DNA from: Tubulanus polymorphus
Taxonomy: Eukaryota > Animalia > Nemertea
Assembly (NCBI RefSeq): GCF_964204645.1
Contig: NC_134026.1
Coordinates: 29,174,150 to 29,238,149 of the forward strand
Length of the DNA stretch: 64,000 bases
Direction: 5' to 3'
This document shows, one piece after another, positions 11,549-26,500 of this stretch. The position numbers and the translations under genes were made by a program. Under the pieces are notes generated by a model that was given only the letters and a program-made list of their open reading frames with translations, was not told the DNA's origin and searched no databases. Position 1 is the first letter of the stretch, and every line of letters begins with the position of its first letter.

Positions 11549-14500
11549 CTATACATCAGCGATCATCATATTAACAGCATCCCAGTCAATAACACTCATA
11601 ATACTGCCTTCACTTATAGAACCAACTAAATCATTAACATCTACTAAATGTTTGTATTGATCGTCATCATCGGTCAATGCTGCTTCAGCCCCCTACGAAC
11701 AAACAAACAGTAATATAAGCATCCGAATAATTGTGAGAATAAGTGAGACGAGACGAATTTATAAACTTACGAGAGTCATACTATCATCATCTTCATATAG
11801 AATTCTGTGTACAGCTTCATCCATACTGAGTGGACTAATATCCGAATCGATATCGTCAGGATCGGCGTATGGGTCGGCATAAGGACGGGTTCGTCGTACA
11901 TGACTCCGTACTGGTGGACTGTGATATGTTTTCTGAGGTTTGACTCCTACAGAGAATTACACAATATATAAACTACTATTCCTCTTCAAGTTTGCATATT
12001 GATATGAGTATAAAGAATCAGTATTTAACCTACCATACGCCTGTTTATGTTTTGGTTTAGGTGCTGCAGCCTGTATTTTCTGTAACTGTTCCACATAGGT
12101 GACTGGTTTTCTCGGCTGTCTGCGAGTCACTGAAGGTACACTTACTCTTTGTGATTCCATATTTTCTGCTATAAAATGAAGAGGAACGCAATAGAGATAT
12201 TGTAATTTGCAAAAACATGATGAATTTGCGGCGTGATGAATTTACCGGATTGTCTAGCAGATGTCTGTTGCAATCTTTCAGTATAAGTAGATGGTCTTTG
12301 AGCCGGTTTTTTAGAAGTTATTCCTTGTTTAGTAATAGACACACGATATCCCGGCGGTAAATTTTCACCTAAAAGAAACAAATTGAGTGTCGTTACGTTA
12401 AATTACTAACTTCCAGATTATAAATAGATGATAATGTCGTATTTTACTCTACCTGATTTTCTGATAGGTTTCGTGAATGTTGCGGACGGATTTTTCATTT
12501 CTTGAAGTCGTTCAGTGTAAGTTTTCAGGGGTCGGGTTACGGATGGTTTGTGTGCGGGATAAACACCAGGAATTCTCTTAGATCCTGAATAAAACAACAT
12601 CAATTCATTGTAACTGAACGACCGTGACGACATCATTCACATTATTCAAATACTTACCATAGATTTTCTCCTGTTCTTTGCGAGATATTTCACCAGATTC
12701 TACGACTGCTGTTCCTTTGTTCAATTCCGCCAAGCGCTCTGCGTAGGTCTGCTTTTTTCGTGGGCCTTGTTTATTAGTTTTACGAGTAATTTCTGGACGT
12801 TGCATTTTCACCATAGCCTTCAGAGGTTTAGGTTTGTATATTTTAGTAGATGACGATGGTTGTTCTTGTTCTCTTCCATTCGGTGGTTTACTTTCATCGT
12901 GATAATCCATAGCTTCTATTTGACGTGTATACGAAGCTAAAGCTCGAGCAGTGTCCGCGTCATCAGTGTAAACGCTAGATGCATCAACGTCGTACGAATG
13001 TAAAACTTCTTGTGTAAGTCTCACTTGTGGATGGGCTCTGTAAAAATGTTGTAAATAACGTTAAATTGCCTGAATTACGCGTTAACACAGCTGCCACTGT
13101 TTTTCTTAACCAGTTGCCACCACAAGTTACCTCTTAGTTGGCGATCGAGCCGTTTTAGTCAGTCATTATTCAAATTCGATTATGTGATTGATAAGAAGGA
13201 TCAGCTATGAGATAACTCGTAGTTGCAATGATGGCAGAACTGGAACTATGAGATATCTCATAGTCTGCAAGTACATTGATTTGATTTACCTGTCATGCAC
13301 TGGTTGAGAAACATGCATCCAGTCGGGATCATAATCGACACCAGACCTAGCGACCTCGCGTACAGGACTTCGAGCGAGTATTGACTTCGGTTTAAACACT
13401 CTACTGCGATCTAACGGAGATTTAACTCTCGTAGTTGTAGCTGTAGTCGGAGGTGGTGATTGTTGAGTTGGAGGAGGACTATACGCGAGTCTAGGGCGTG
13501 ACTGAAATGCTGCAGGAGTTTCTGGTTGATCTTTGATAATGTCAGCCATTAAAACGGCAGCTTCTTCCTTCCTGCGTTCTATATCGCTCTGAAATCGAGA
13601 TTTTCTTTCCGCTTCTCGTTTTCTGTCCAACGCTTGAATCTCTTTTATCGTTCCAGTTTCCTGTTGAATATAATGACATGATTGTACAGATGATTGCAGG
13701 GACAGGAACAAAAGGAGTAAATTTTTCACCTGCAACTAACAGAGCAGCAATCAGCTGCACAGGATATAGGCATTGAAATGCACTGAAATTTCATTTTCCA
13801 GACCCGTTTTGGCTCTGCGTAGATAATTGCCCTTGTTTAGCAAATACCTGGTATACCCTTTTCATTTCTGTGGGTCAAAGTCTATCCCTGGATTCTATCT
13901 ACGATGTATCGGTATATTCTCATAGAATACTTACGAGTAATTTATCAGAACCAGGTTTATAAGGATGACGTTCAGCTTCTCGTAATTGTTGAAGTCGTTT
14001 GATATATTGTTCTCGTTGTTCAGCTCGTCGCTTCTCAATGAATTCATTCAATTCCTCTTTATTTCTCTGTTTCGTCGTATCATCGGTAACAGACTCACGC
14101 GGAGTATCGTGGAATATTTCCTGAAGTTGTTCCATATTCAGATCTGTTTCTGCGATGTCATCTCTTGCGGTTAATTGACTGAAACAGGATCAAAATCATG
14201 TTTAAACCGTTATCAAATAACAGGATGGCCATTTTCCACCCATTAACAAATCCCCTAGGTTTTCCCCGATTTTTCTATGTGATTACACAAAATTCCAGTG
14301 AATCAGAGAAGTTTCTAAGTTTAAAAATAATGTTCTAATTCATAAATTTTTCAAAGATATCCCTGATTGATAAAACCTACTTTGCTCTATCGACTAATTT
14401 CCGAGCTTCGTTTTCCGTCAAACCGTAATCACCGGCATCGATATCACCCCTAGCAATCACCTCGCCGATAATATCGCTAACACCGCTCAGACCGGAGATT

Positions 14501-17500
14501 CTCAGATTTTCAGCGTCTTTCGCGCTAGCTCTAACACTCGGGATGCCCTCAGATTTTCTGGGTGAAACCACTTTCTGTCACGACGTATAAAGAATCATGG
14601 AAATCGTTATTTCTTGAAGTTCTACAGGATATTATATTTGGAAGATTATTTGGATTGTTAACGAACCTGCGTTGATTTAGGACTATATTCAGCCGATGAT
14701 AAGACATCAGCTCTTGGATAATAGCTATCTCCAGGAGCTACGGCTTCATTCAGATTTTCTATTGTATTCATCAGCTAGAAATAGAAAATAATATCCATCT
14801 TGAAGCTATCCAGGGACACGGGCAAGAAAGAGAGGGAGACAGGGGCATAAATGTGTTTTACATACTAATTTAGTATCACTATATTCCTCTTCAATATTAC
14901 GAGACATCTCATCGATCGCGTTTATCTGTTGGTTCATTTCTTGTAATTTTCTCATCACGGCGTTCTTTGACTTGCTACGAGCCGCGCGTCCGGGTATAAT
15001 CTGATCGGCAAACCTGCAATTAATTAACAGAAAGTCAGTCTTATGAATATTCTGCATCAGAAACAAAGTACTTCATCGATATTTACTGTTTTTCTGATGT
15101 AATTTGATGACTGAACATTCGCAGCGTGGTTGGATCAGGTCCTGTTCGATACTGCATCTCATCCGCTGGGATCGGACTTACTCCTACAAAACACACAACA
15201 TCACAAATTAGTTAAACATGTTCTCAATTCTTACCGATCGATATTAAACCGAGTTACTCTGTACCTTTCTCAACGACAGCGATCCTGGTGGGTGAGGAGC
15301 CGCGTGAACGAGGTTTTTCAACGATCTGTACTCGTTGCGGAGTTGAGGAAACGATGTCATCCATTACACCGGCATCAATATCAATAACATTAATATACGA
15401 TCTACCGGATCCGGGACCTTCCTGTAACAGTAAACTGAATTAATAAATGGAACATAATTCAATGACTTCAGAATCGCTATAGGAATTACTGGTTTACCTG
15501 AACGGGTTGCGAAGCGTCATTCCCAAATCTCAATCCGAAGAAAATGTCAGGTGGAAGTACGTTACTTCCATTTTGTACTGATACCATGTAATCAGTGAAT
15601 TGTTTCCAAGCAGATGGTTCCTGCCGACGAACATGTTCATCAAGATCTTCAGTAGATGTAGCAAACTCAACCTATTCAACATTAAACATTCAGTATGATG
15701 GGTGGGATTAGGTGATTACTTGAAGAGAAATATCTTTAGTTGCCCTTTAAATGATGTTGGGGAAGGGAATTCCACAGATCCACAATTCTCTATTGGAACT
15801 TGGAATTATGAGGTAACTTACTTTTTTTGGTGATGTAAATTTGTTTTTAACGAGTACATCGTACTGTACTTTAGCACTCGTATCAGGACCCTCTGTTGCA
15901 TGTTTGCTGTACAGGTATTCATCATAACTTCCTACAAAATCAAAACATCTTCAATTTTCCTGTACTTCCATATCTTATATACCGGTAATAGAAGTTCAAA
16001 CTGATAAAGCTGCGAAAGATAACCAACCAGGTTTGATAGCGTAGCCGTGATGAATTCGAAGATTATCTTCATCTATTCCATCGTACTGATTATCAGCATC
16101 TTTTACTTCAGTAGTAACCGCAATACTGCGATTATTACTGATTACTTCAGGACTTTGAGATTTATGTGAACTGCGAGTTGAAGTTCGTTCAGGGCTACTG
16201 GGCATCTGTTGAAACTAGAAACACAGTGGAAATATTGATATGAACGGAACAATATCTGATAACAGGCGTAAAATCTATAAATTTTACCTTATCGATACGC
16301 GAGACGACTGGACGAACAGAGGAACTCTTTGACTTTTCTATTTGTTCGCTTTCTGATGATTCTGATTGACTGTATTTTCTAATTCGATGAATTTGCCTTC
16401 ACAAAAAATACGATAATGTCAAAATGATACAAATTGAAGACACAAAATTTGTATTAATGTGACGTATTTAAAAAGAAAAAACGAACCTTTTTTCCTCATT
16501 GCGTCGTTCCTGATCTGGGATCGCATTGAAGTCAATATGCAGTAAATTAATACCGAAACGTTTGGCGTCTCGGGCTTGTAGTCCGGCACGTGCTTCCTCT
16601 TGAAACTCCCGTAATTTCTCCTGTTTTATTCGTTCATTATCGATGAACTGTCGTTGTTGCAGCGAAGCGGTGTACTGCGCTGCCGCAGGTGGCACAAATA
16701 ATTGTGGCTCTTTAGGAATATGAAGCAATGGGAACGGTATACCGGAAACATGTTGACCACCAGACGGAACTGGAGGTGCAGGTGGACGTGGTCTATAACT
16801 AAAGAATGGTAACGAAGGTGGTACATTTTCATTATGTTGATAAGGAGCTGGTTGAATCCACGCTTGTGTCGGAACGGAAGGTAATCTGAAATCGGGTTGT
16901 ATAGATCTGAATGGTTGCCGGTAACTCCTCTGATCCGTAGATTGATTTGTAATGCGTAATAATGGAATTGGTTCTCTGTTTATTTCACCGGTCAGTGCGT
17001 GTAATTCGTTTAACGCGTAGTTCACCGAGTCTGATTTCTGTTGTCGTTTTCGTTGTAAATCTTTTTCGGGAATATTGAATTCGACTTTTTTCTCCGAGCT
17101 TTCACGTTTGCTACTCGAGCTCGACTGGTGTACCGCTGTCCCGACCGTTGTCCCGACTGTTCTCGTTTTCGTGGTATTTCTCAACGCTGATTTCTGTTTT
17201 TCGCTTTCGATCGTTTCCGAAGCGAGACTTCCGGACGAAACGTCGAAATCCGTCGCATTCAATACGCCGTCGGAATCGAGATTAGCCGGTTGTCTCTCGT
17301 CGGATTTACGTCTATGGCGACGGATCCTTGCCTCGGATTGCGTAACGGTTCCTTTCGATGCCTGAGACGACTGTTTCAACGTCAGTGTTGTTTGAGTAGC
17401 AGCGCTGTGTATATATAATGGTACAGTGTTCGATTGATGATGAGTATATACAGGTTGTGGTTGTTGTGGTGGTATATATGATTCTCCCTCTACTGCTCCT

Positions 17501-20500
17501 AACATCGCTAATACACTCTTATGTTGTATCTGAAAGTTAAACACAGTACAAACGTTAAAAGATTTCACCGAGATGTATTGAGACCTCGCATCAACTACTA
17601 GGGGTTCATGGTTCCCACAGTTACATGAATTCAAAATTCCCGAGTTTTTCCCAAGTATTTCATGGGTGATTTTTCAATTTACCCAAATGCAAATGAACAC
17701 ATATCGTCATGCTACAGTCAACATTTTAGTGGTGACTGGTTAATAAAGGTAATTTTAAAGAGAAATCGCTGAGAAAAGTTGCCCTTGGCAAATGCAATAT
17801 GTGAAATGTAATGAATTTCCCAAATATTTCCCTGATTTGAGGAAAATTATTCAAATTCCCAAATATTTACAAACGGGAATTATTATCTCAAAATTCCCAA
17901 GTTTTTCCCAATTTCCCGGTTCTGTGGGAACCATGAGGAGTTGCAATGGCGATGTACCACTGACACTAAGGTACTCAGTGAATAAAAGATATGATGTCAT
18001 AATTATGAAAATTAATTGTTCTCGACAAAAATAAATGATAATGAATATTATCGACAGATACCTCGACTATACGACGCAGCTCCGACCGGATTACTCCGGA
18101 TAAATGTTGCCCTAAATCATTCATGTTCGTCTGATCAAACTCAACCGGTTGTGAACCCTCAACTGGTGCAACTGTTTCAGCTCTCAATTCATCTAATTTC
18201 AAACTGTGCAAATGAAATGAATGATTTTTGAAACAATGATATATCGCTTGTATGTCAGAGAAATATTTTGGACCACACACATAAATGTTAAGAAAGTAAT
18301 GTTTAAAGGACTGTTTACAGTTTGAAAATAATACCGGTTCACATACGCAGAATTTCTAACAGGAATTGAGTGCTTAGAAAGATGGAATAAATTTCTTATG
18401 TAATCTAACAAAATGCCTACCAAATATTTTCAATAAATCCAACTCCAAAATACGATGGAACAAAACAAATTCATGTCAAAGGGTAATTTGAATGAGCCAC
18501 CAAAATGTCATATTCACTGATGCATATACACAGTGTAGTACTCAGACTATGTTTTCGTACGGGCACGCTTAACTAGGTCAATTATTCTCATGGCTATTCT
18601 CAATGTGGGCAAACAAGTTCCTATTCAAACTATTATTCGCAATAGGAATTAAAAATGAAGTTGATTTAGGAATATTTGTTTTCGGGTCTACAATACGTCC
18701 ACAACTAATTTCTCTAATATTGACTTATTTGACGGTACATCTTAGACAAGATTTCAAAATTAAAGGTTCCTGGTATATGTATATTTGATTGAAAATTCTC
18801 CGAAGCAATTTCAAAACAGAAATCCTTGTACTTCTTACACATAAACAGAGCGATGTTCTTAAATGACGATTAATGAAGAAGTTCTTACCTTTCAGACACG
18901 GGAATTTCAGACGATTCATCATCAGATTCTGGTAAATGTAGAACATTGAACGGAACGGAGTCCTCCAAGTTTGGACTGAATAAGAAAAACAAATTATTTC
19001 AATTAAGTTCAGATGATATACGACACGGACATGTTTTTTAATGAGATATTCCGAAATAGTACCTTTTCACTGCGATGGTAGATTGATCGGCTTCAGAAGC
19101 TCGTTCACTGATACGAGATAGATCACTAGCTGTACTCGGTTCATCTCTCTGATTGAACCTCCGTCCGAGATTCAAACGAGATGCGAATACTCGCGACCGC
19201 GATTTCGTCGCTGATGATTTCACGACTCCTTCCGTTTTCTTCTTACCCCCATCTATCTTATCCTTGCTCTTTTTCTTTTTTGGACTATTCCTTTTCATAG
19301 ATTTAGATTTCTTTTTCTCTGCACTAGTAGAACTGCTCTGCTCAGATTTTTCGGGAATATTTTCTGATCTCAATCTAGTGGCCACGACGGCGCTTATTTC
19401 AGCCACAACCGGTGCCGGTGGTAACTCACGAGGTGTCAGTTTCTCTACGACTTTAGCTTCTGTTTTCTTCAGCGGTGAATCTCTCGGAGATGTCGGAGGT
19501 TTCTGATCTTTCGGCGAGCGCTCGGAGAGTTTCTGTTTCTTCTTCTGTACGTCCAATAACGGCAGTTTTTCGTATTTATTTTCAATCAACCACAACGAAA
19601 GCAGAATCAGATAAGGATGAACTTTCACGCGAATAGTCGGTTGATTAATGTCTAGGTTCACTCCGAGTGAGTTGAGTACGTGATGTTTTCCACCCCACCG
19701 AGTCAACCATTCTAACAACTTCGAGATTTGCGAATACTGCTCGCCGAGATTGACACGAAACGCCAGAAACACGCTGAACGGAACTTCGGGAGCGAGTGAA
19801 TTAGTTTCCGAAGCAGCCGATACGCGTGATCGTAGATCCGATAAACTAAAACTACGTTTATTCTTCATGTTGTTTTGATGCGGAGATGGCGTCTGCGTCT
19901 GTTCAGCTGCCGATGACGATTCGTTGCTCATTTGACTGACGTCGATGCTAACGATACTATTACTGCGTCTCATCAGCGGATAGTGACCGAAATAATGAGT
20001 TTTCTCGTGGCTGAAACTGACGCTTCGTCGCGGTCGTTTCTGTTCGGTATCGAGATGATCGAGACTGCCCTGACTGGAGGATTTCTTCAGAATCGGAGTA
20101 ACCGGTGGTAACCTATCAGCGTCGTTCATTTCGACGAGACTATGTCGCCTGGTCAACTGACGTCGCGGAGACCGCGGCGACGGCGATACATCGACCGGTT
20201 TACGCGGCGACGTAGGTGGCGTTCCGGTTCCGTATCTCAGCGAATTCCGACCCGAAAACATACTCAAATTCTGGTTCTGTTGGAGAGTCGTGACGATACG
20301 GAACGACATCGAACTCAGCTCTTGTTTCCGGAGCTCCATCACGAACTGAGGCAGCAACGGAAGCTGCGTCGTTTCGTTCGAATCATCTTTCATTTTCAGA
20401 AACACGATATCGAACATCGTATCCAGAAACTCGACGTATTGTCCTTCGAACTCGAACGCACGCGAGCCGACGTGCATCGCTCTTTCACTATCGTCAAACG

Positions 20501-23500
20501 ACACAAATTCTTCGAAATCGCCGAAGATTTTCGCTCTTTGTTTCAGCTTTTTTTCAAAGTTTCTACATTGTTGATGGAAGTATGAAGACAGCGTTTTACC
20601 ACGAGTTGTATTACCCGGATATCGATTCAAACGTTTTATCTTATCATTCGGTGTACCTACAAATATATACCGTACATAATATGTAATTCATGTAAACTGT
20701 ATCTGTTAAATAAAGATGTTATTATCATTATTATATGTTTGTATGTCAGATTCAGATGTCTTGTTGCCATGTCCTTTTTTGGTGTGATGTGGTTGACATA
20801 CACAATAAGTGATTTACGTGACAGACCCAGTGAGTTTGTAAATTCCCTGATTAATTTTCGTTGTTTTGTGCAGCAAGTCACCAGGGGCCAGTTGCATAGT
20901 CATGGCTTAGATTTATTAGACCAACTTAGTTCTATACTCGATTTAACAACTTAAGACCTGTCTTAAGATTTAAGACCACTTTTGGACTTAAGTCACGACT
21001 GTACAACTGGGCCCAGCAGAACATTGAAAAAAGACTAATCTTCACTTCAGATTCAAACCAAACTCAGAAATGTGGAGCTGGGTCAAAATGATAATAAGAC
21101 TTACTGGATCGTGGTGACAGTCGCGGTGAGACAATCTCAGTATTAATATCACTGATAAAACATCCTTGCCAATCTTTCAAAAGGCGATCGGATTTCTCTT
21201 GAACTTCCGGATCGAGTCTACTCTCGTCGTGAAAGAACTCGGTTAAAATATCGGCCGATTCTTTGTTCGCGGGAAATTCGACCAATTGAGAAAGAAGCGC
21301 TTCGTATATTATCGATCTACTACTCTCCCAAAACTGCATGAATGGTATCATATGTACAGTCCATTGAAGAGATGTGTAGCAACTCGTCAACCATTGGTCT
21401 TCCTGTAGACAATCATCATTTGTCTGAAATTAATATATAAGTGATCAAATCTATGCCCGTGAATCCCTTCACAAACTGATCACGAGTGATTCTACAAACC
21501 TCTAGAACGTCAGTTCCTTTCAAAACAGCCGCTTTCTGTCTCAAAGATAAATTCATCTTATCGCGAGTATGCAGCATCCACATAATGCTACAGAAATCTC
21601 TGAAGTTTGACAGTACCGCGTGTACGCTAGGATCTTCGACGTTTGAACTCAGGCACGACGCTTCTTTAAAATGGTTGAAAACGTTGTCTAGATCAGCTGT
21701 GGTACTATACGCCAAATTCTATCAAAAATATCATAAGAACAAGAATGAAATATATTTGTTCATGGTAAGTAGTAGATATAACACGAGGCTAGAGAGGGAA
21801 CTCACTCTGAATGGTTCAGCTTTACTGTGTATATCACACACTTGTTCTATATACCAGTATACAGCAGGTAACGCAGTACGTGATGCTTTCATTATGATTA
21901 ATATCAACTGTACGAGTGATGCAATTTTCATTCGTGCATCGTGTTCTTCTTCAACTTCTTTCGGCCAATTCTCCTACAAATCATAAAACCGAACGGTTTT
22001 AGAAGCCGAATACAAATTTGCGAAGAATATGGGTTACAGTAGAATTTACCTCATTAGTAGTAGGTTGAGGACAGAACAATGGAGGTGCTGGTAAATAATA
22101 TCCCTGCGGTACAAACGTGGTTAAATCTTGCACTAACGCTTTCAACTGATCGACTAAACCGTTTAACAACCACGGAGTTATATCGGCACAACTGATCGTA
22201 GCAGCGTTTAATATATCAGCGATCGACTTAGTTAACTGTTCTATATTAGACTCATCGTCCATCTGCAGTGAACCTACAAATACGAATTACTATTTTCAGT
22301 CTGAAACCTAGAATACAGAATGTACAAAATTCTATAAACACTAACCAACTGAAGCACTGCGTCTTAGAAATCGAGCTCCCAGTTTATTTTCATTGTTAGG
22401 TTGTTGTCCAGTAATTGTTTGACTGTATTGTAACCTCTCTAGTTTTGATTGTAGAATCGATATAGGTGTCAAATCTTCAGGCAATAGTAAACTCTTCAAT
22501 CTCCTGAAATAATAAAAATATTCATTTCAGGTTATTATCACGTTGAAACTAAAGTAAGTCATAAAGTTTTAATTATCAAATCTCAGTGAACTTACTTCCC
22601 ATATTGTTGCACTGCACTTTTCTGTTTCTCCTGACAAGCGACAGATAAAATAAACGCCGATTTCCAGTCTCCAACTTTATTAGCGAACCACGCTGCCTCC
22701 GGTAATAATCCAGCTATCAGTAGGTATTCCATCACTCTATCGTTAGTCCACAATGAATCAAGATTCTCCTCACTGATTATAGTAGCTAAAGCCTTGTGAT
22801 ATACAGGTAACACTCGATCACCTACGTAAAACAGAAATCATCTTATCTAGAAAGAACTTGCGACGCATTGAAAATAATTTCTGCATCTCCACAGATACCA
22901 GTAGATAGTTTTACCTGAGCAAAACCCACAGTTGATGATTCGACAATTTATTTCGACAGTTTCAAAGTTCTGACTTAACTTCATCTTTAGAGAAACAAGA
23001 ACAACATTGTAAGTGCATTATTGGCCATCATTATGTTATTTGTTTCTCTGATGAAGTTGAGTCAAAACTTCAAAACTGTCAGATTGAATTGTAAAATCAT
23101 CAACTGTTGGTTTTGCTCATTAACTCAGTACTGAGATTAATATCAGTCAACCAGTCACAGTTTACCTGGTTTGATGGATGTCAGTAGTGATGGTAATGGT
23201 TTCACCGAGTGAGGTGGATATATAAACAGCGGTTGATTGCTGAAATAAGCCGCCATAAACCGCGCGATTGTTTGAATAACTTTACGAGCTGCCACAAACT
23301 CAGTACACGGTAACTGTATCGGACTCGTCTGAAATAATCACGCAATAAACCTTAGTTAGGTATCGGGTCAAACTTCACAACATCAAAATCTTTATTCATT
23401 TACCTGTTTTCCAGTAGGTTTAAAGAAATTATGCAGGAAATAAGTTTCATGGTCATCAGCTATTTGTGCGTCTTGCTCTTCAGTAATACTATTCAGTAGA

Positions 23501-26500
23501 GTATTCGCCATTTCGATCACAAATCGTAATTCACCGACTTGTAAAGATGTGTACAGTATTGAGTGTAAGATCTTCACTGCTTTACGACTGTGGAGTTTAC
23601 TCACTAAAAATACAGGATGTAAACGGTCTCTATAAGAAACATTCGATCTATGAACAATAAACATCAGTATCTGTGTTTAATTCATACCTGGCAATTCTTT
23701 AAAACGCTCTTTCCAAATGTGAACCGCAAAATACCAGCTTCCATCAAGATACATCTCATCACCTTTTAAAACAAATAATACAAAACCATATAAACAACGA
23801 ATCAAATCCTCATCAGAAATGAGAGATAAATTCACCGAGATTCTCCTCACCTTGACTCAGTTTAAACTTCACCGGTTTGACGATTCCACATTTCAGGTCC
23901 TGTATTTTTCGCTGAGTCATACAGAGTATTTTCGTCAACGCTTTCGGAATTCCTTTTTCCAGTTTAGAAGCGACGTTGTAGTGACCAGAAATATGTTTGA
24001 GAAGTTTATTCCAAACATGACTCAACCTTTAACGCAAACACGAATGATTATTGACGACTTAACACAACCAAAACTGAATATTTCATCAAATTGTAGATAT
24101 TTGAGTGACATAGGTGAGTGGTTAAAGCATACAACTCTGGGATGTTAGGTCACGGGTTTCGAATTTCAAACACGGTACGTTACTTGTAAGGTCCCTGTAC
24201 AAGTCGCTTTTTGCTTCTCTCACCACCCAGGTAGGTTCCTGGCCTTATAGGTGACAGAGCAGTAGTAAAAGTTAGGATTTTACTTCTCCTCAGAGAGACA
24301 CAGTCATTGATGTAAAACAAGGGATTATAATACAATGTTTGAGCTGCGATCGAACAGGTGCTATAATACAAATTGTTCACATTATTCAAGTAATTTACCT
24401 GCAGGATAGAATACCATTCGCGTTCCTTCTCTTGAGCAATGAAGCCTCCGATTTATCACACAGTATCGCAGGTGTATACTGAATAGAACGCGATATCGGT
24501 TCCTGTTTCATTAACAACGTGTAAACCTCGCTGTATTCCCGTTCCGTGAATAACAGCATCATGAAACTAGAATTGAGAATCTCGGCGCGAGACAACGATT
24601 TCTTCAGATCGCTGTTCGTCAGCAGTAAATCGACGGTCGAGTTGATGAAGTGAAGAACGACGGGGATCAGATTCTGTTGAACGACGTCGAAATTCACTAA
24701 ATGTAACACGGAACGATACATCGAGAATACCTGCGACAATCTCTCATCGGCCGTCGAATAATTCGTTTGTCTCATCGACGTATTCAAACCTTGTAGTAAA
24801 GTAACGGTGAATAGTTTCACTAGTAATGAGATCGTATACTGAGTTAGTTTCTCCATTTCAGCGCTCCACGGTGTCGTATTAGTGACGGCTAGAGACCACG
24901 CGTTAAACAATGATATCTGAGCCTTTTGCGAAGGATCGAGCGCATTCGCTTCAGCCGCCAGATCGTCTAATAAACCGAAATCTTCGTCTCCGAAAAATAT
25001 CTTTCCGAATTCTAGATCGGGAATACCGAATTGATTTCCAGCTCCGCTGACCTCTAACGCTACGCTGTCAACGGTGGAATCTAGAGTTCTGTTGATGTCG
25101 TCTAGTTTAAATCGGTCAGCTGATGTGATACTGCGTCCGGGCAGATGACGCACCGATGATAAAGACCTCAAACTACCGTCCAGGTCGGGAATATCGCTGA
25201 ATTTCAGCGTATCGATCAGCGAAACGTCGATATTCTTTTTCTGACGTATTTTATCGAGATTGTGATTGGCTTCAGCCACGTAGCTCGTCATTAGATTCAA
25301 CGCGTGGATATTCTCCGGTAAAACGAGCACGGTGACCATGTATCCGTCGGAGCAGAGTAACGCCGGATAACGTGGATGAACGGTCAATGAGAACCTCTGC
25401 CTCATCAAATCCAGTTCCGAGTACGTGGAATTGATGTTTGAATCCGTCGATATATTCGGTAGAACTCGGCGTTCTTTTGAACTATGAAAAAAAAAATAAA
25501 ATGCATTTAAATGTAACGATTGTCTGCCTGACTGTATAGCCACGTTCACACTTATTGTTATATAGTCCTAGTTTGGCCTGTCTCTGGAAGATACCTATTT
25601 AGAATGGACCTAATCGATGCTGTGTCTTCACACATGTTTTCATCCAGCTAGACACAACACACTGATTGACAGGCAAATAAAGCAATCATTCTATTCACGC
25701 GCAGAAATGCTCCATTCCAAAATTTAGAATATGACCTGGAGCAATCTTTTTGGTCGGTTTAAAATGATCCGTTGGAACAGACCGATTCAGTATGAACTTT
25801 TCGCTAGAGTGAATGCTTGGTTCATAGTGTAAACGCGGTTTATGATTACGATTTATAACTTACTGAACCATGATTAAAGGATGAAGAGGTATATAGTAAG
25901 ATGGTCCGAGTTCTACGGAGCAGCCGAATGTTTGCACGAGAATCGGTTCACCTAGTTTACTCAGTATACAAACTGAGCCTTGTTTAGTCATACAAGCGAC
26001 AAATAAATCATCGGATAACCATTTCATATCAACAATCCAATACGTCCTAAAAAGAAATATGAAAGTATTTCATACTTAACAGCTAATTTCTTGGAGTAAA
26101 AGAAGTCTTTTTGGCGATCTTTCAATACAGAGAGTAAAATCAATGTTTTAGTTCAGCTGTCTATGTGTGCTAGTCAACTATATTATGTATGTACATGTAC
26201 TACCAAAACTGACTGAATTTTGGCATCTGACTTTCATACAAATCAAATTGAAATAAACAAAATCAGTTAATTTATCTTTAATTCTTTGTTCTGTATTATG
26301 TAGAGCTTTGGAATATCTTATTTTGTAGAGCTTTGAAATATCTTATTTTGTAGAGCTTTGAAATGTCTTATTTAAAGTGCTTACGGGTAATAGATTATTA
26401 TCATAATAACCTTAGGTTCTGATACAGACCTGCCATATTTATTCGAATCTTTTTGACCGCAACCTTTCAGATCAGCTACGACAACGCTACCCGACAGAGG

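Noticed and set aside
17075-24148. Long plus-strand ORFs (17075, 19153, 20142, 21486, 23819)
   Set aside because: Antisense shadows of CPLANE1 exons, with no domain signal.
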